Assembly: GCA_002269645.1 (NCBI GenBank) | Contig: NIVC01002435.1 | Coordinates: forward strand, 86,492 to 150,491 | Direction of reading: 5' to 3' | DNA from: Macrostomum lignano | Lineage: Eukaryota | Length of the DNA: 64,000 nt | In this document: in pieces, positions 61,031 through 64,000 of the stretch | Numbering within the stretch: the stretch's first letter is position 1 | Layout: each line of letters starts with the position of its first letter | The notes under the pieces: generated by a model | Seen by the model: only the letters and a program-made list of their open reading frames with translations | The model's database searches: none | What the model was told of the DNA's origin: nothing | Made by a program: the position numbers and the translations under genes

Positions 61031-62234
61031 TTGATTTCTGAGCGAGAGCGAAGGCGAAACCCCTTCATGTTGGCATTATCGGTGCTACTGCCGTCCTTAG
61101 AATTCTCCGGTCACTCTAGCACTCCAGCATCTGGCTCTTCCAGTCTTCTGTCACCAGTATTGCTTATTTGCATTTCTAGTACGTCTTCTAACGGAATAGC
61201 CGCTCCTAGCACTCCTGTGAATACTGCTAAGCACTCGTGCACATCAAGAGCTCTACTAGAGGCTCTACTCATACTTGGCAAAATGCTGGAAAAAGCTTCT
61301 AAAACACAGAACTCACCTTTAATTTGGTGCAGCTGGCGTCAGTCGAATATCGAGCTGGCCTCTTGCCTGTCCGCTAATCTAGCAGGGAAGAATGCAGCCG
61401 GTGATGAGGCAAGGGAAGGCCAAATCCCAGCAGCTCCCTTTGAGGCTTTCCGGGGCTTGGAAAGAGGGAAAGGCAGCCTCAGTTGCTAACGAGCCGGTAT
61501 CGCCCACCTCTCTCACAAATCCTTGTAGCCGAAATCCGACTCGCGGCCGCGTCCTCCCAGCCAGCCGGGCGGGTCAAACGGTGAATCGCGCAGCCGCCCA
61601 GCCTCCGCGTGTTCGGAGCCGCCCGCAGCTGGTAGAGGGTGCAAGATGAAGCCGAAGGAAACGCGGAGCAGCTACAGAAGGAGGTTGAGAGCGGGGAACA
61701 CAGAAGCGAGGGAAGAGCTGAGGCTGAGCTGTCTCTTCATCCCCTTCCTTAATAGCCGTGAGCGGAGGCTGGGGTGGCGTCTCGGCGGGGGGTGGCCAAA
61801 TCCTTGCTGCTCCTTCGCCTATCCCAGTCTCTATCTCCCGTCTCTTCGCTCCCAGCCATTGAGCCGGCGTCTTTCCCGCGCCTCCCCCCCCCCGTGAGAG
61901 CTCAGGAGGAGAGCTCTGCTCGGTGAGGGGAGGAAACCGACTCATCCTCATTGTTTATCCCACAGCAGCGATATCCCATTCCCAATGCGTTATCATGCCT
62001 CTCGTTTCTCTCCCTACTCCTCTCTTGCCGCTGACTTTCACTGCCGCCCGGCTGCAGCAACTTTCTTCAACTGCTTTTGTCCGGATGAGTTCAGTAGTGC
62101 GGTATAAGCAGCTCCGCACGCGACGTCCCTTTTATCGATGCAGGCAAAACGAAATGCTGCAGTTGGAGATTGCAAGAAAATGATGAAAACTTGCAGGAAG
62201 TTACCTACCTTACCGGGGAAGGTAGCTGGCAGGA

Positions 62235-62410
62235 GGCAAGCCGGCCTTCAACCGAGACCGGCTCCACTACCTCGGGCCCAACCCGTCCCTGGACGACGCT
62301 TGCCGGCCCGAGAACATCCGGTTCCTCCGGGCCACCGAACGAGTCTCCGCCTTCCTATCTGACCGGCCCCTCGCCCTAGCCTATGCGGCCTCTCAGGGAT
62401 TGGCGCAATG
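62235..62410 (+). mobile_element. 3'-end fragment of a LINE related to the one at 42840-43460
   Basis: PAFNRDRLHYLGPNPSLDD...FLRATER parallels DRLTYLGP...YLRATGR. Confidence 0.6.
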
Positions 62411-62469
62411 AGCGACGCTCGTCTCCCCCGATGCGTCTTCGGACTGCCCTGAAGCTGAGTCTGAGAGGA

Positions 62470-63105
62470 GGATAGTGAGAGGAGGATGAAAGTGTGGCAC
62501 AGGGAGGCATGAGAGGAGGATGAAAGAGTGGCAGAGGGAGGCAGGGGAGGCATGAGAGGAGGATGAAAGAGTGGCAGAGGGAGGCAGGGGAGGCATGAGA
62601 GGAGGATGAAAGAGTGGCAGAGGGAGGCAGGGGAGGCATGAGAGGAGGATGAAAGAGTGGCAGAGGGAGGCAGGGGAGGCATGAGAGGAGGATGAAAGAG
62701 TGGCAGAGGGAGGCAGGGGAGGCATGAGAGGAGGATGAAAGAGTGGCAGAGGGAGGCAGGGGAGGCATGAGAGGAGGATGAAAGAGTGGCAGAGGGAGGC
62801 AGGGGAGGCATGAGAGGAGGATGAAAGAGTGGCAGAGGGAGGCAGGGGAGGCATGAGAGGAGGATGAAAGAGTGGCAGAGGGAGGCAGGGGAGGCATGAG
62901 AGGAGGATGAAGGCGGAGAGAGAGGCAGGGGAGGCATGAGAGGAGGATGAAGGCGGAGAGAGAGGCAGGGGAGGCATGAGAGGAGGATGAAAGAGTGGCA
63001 GAGGGAGGCAGGGGAGGCATGAGAGGAGGATGAAAGAGTGGCAGAGGGAGGCAGGGGAGGCATGAGAGGAGGATGAAAGAGTGGTAGAGGGAGACAGAGG
63101 AGGCA
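62470..63105. repeat. 43-bp purine-rich minisatellite GAGAGGAGGATGAAAGAGTGGCAGAGGGAGGCAGGGGAGGCAT
   Basis: About 14 tandem copies. Confidence 0.95.
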
Positions 63106-64000
63106 GACAGACAGGTACAACAAAGAACCCGAGCAGCTCAGAGCAGATGAAGCAGGAAGGCAGCTGGGCCCAGAGGCGGCACAATAGAGCAAAAAACTGA
63201 AAGGAAACCAGAGAAAAATGGCAAACTGATTTATAAGGCAGAAGCGGGCAAAATGGCTTCATAGCTGCATAGCCCTGGGCTGCAGAAAGTAAAGTCCTTA
63301 CATCAGCTTATTTGGAGCAAGCAGAGGCGGAAGCCGCCCCGCCCCTGCCTGCGGAATAATGCGATTTCCCGCAGTCTCCGTCTCCCCCGGGCTGTCCCCT
63401 CAAACTCCTGATAAAAAGGCCGAGACTGGGCATCCGCCACTTCCCAGCCGAGTCCCGGGGAAAAAATGGTTCACAAAATGAGTTAAGAAGTGAATGACAG
63501 AGAGCTGGGATAAGCTGGGCAGCCGGTCGCATTCCCGCACTGCTGCCCCTCAAAATCGGTGGGCAGAAAAAAGTGAAGTTGCCAATTTCTCAGGCGACCT
63601 CTTCGTCCCAATCTTTTCCCCATCTCCCAGCCTGATCCCCAGGCAGCTCCACAGGCCTCTCTGAAATGATTAATTAAGAGCGCAGGCCCTGGTCTCAGAG
63701 CTGATATGGCCAGCTCAGAAGTACGCATAGCCTTGGCAGCCCGGCCCCCGATCTGTCCCGCCCTCCCTCCTCCCTTGGCCTCGAATTTCAGCAGCCGGAA
63801 CACGCGAAACTCGACCAGATCAATTCAGCTCGGATAGCTGCTGCTGCTGCTGTCTGCTGGCCTGTCTGCTTCAAGGGCAGCAAGGCGGCTGCAACATCGA
63901 TTCGTTGCCGGGCCTCCTTGGGACACCCGACACGACAAACAAATATTTGCTTTTTTTTAGTCGAAACTCAATTTCCTCGCATACTATCTGCTTCTGCTAC

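Overview
Eukaryotic, intron-containing animal DNA: GC-rich exons, AT-rich spacers, and a different minisatellite in most introns. This pattern suggests a free-living flatworm such as Macrostomum (inference only). Hand-spliced gene models in order: RPS9 (5' partial), two tandem PAP2/PLPP lipid phosphate phosphatases, a DEG/ENaC channel of FaNaC-like architecture head-to-head with an innexin, intronless AP2S1, a RING-less TRAF, an orphan coiled-coil gene, NICN1, PIH1D2, an ERK5/MAPK7 with an unusual T-L-Y activation motif, a large orphan gene with a matrin-type C2H2 zinc finger, and a small orphan gene. Mobile DNA: nested MITEs, a foldback element, a Penelope-like GIY-YIG 3' end with a hammerhead ribozyme, and three LINE remnants. 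The most unusual signal is a dispersed repeat core that copies the 28S rRNA helix 69-71 region but is scrambled exactly at the R2/I-PpoI target core. One copy sits in a 279-bp MITE with a perfect 8-bp TSD; the other abuts a truncated LINE at about the R2-equivalent position. Three or four apparent 1-bp homopolymer deletions in genes suggest an imperfectly polished long-read assembly. Most very long ORFs in the supplied track are artefacts of tandem repeats. Repeat boundaries are approximate, and family assignments rest on recalled motifs, not database searches.
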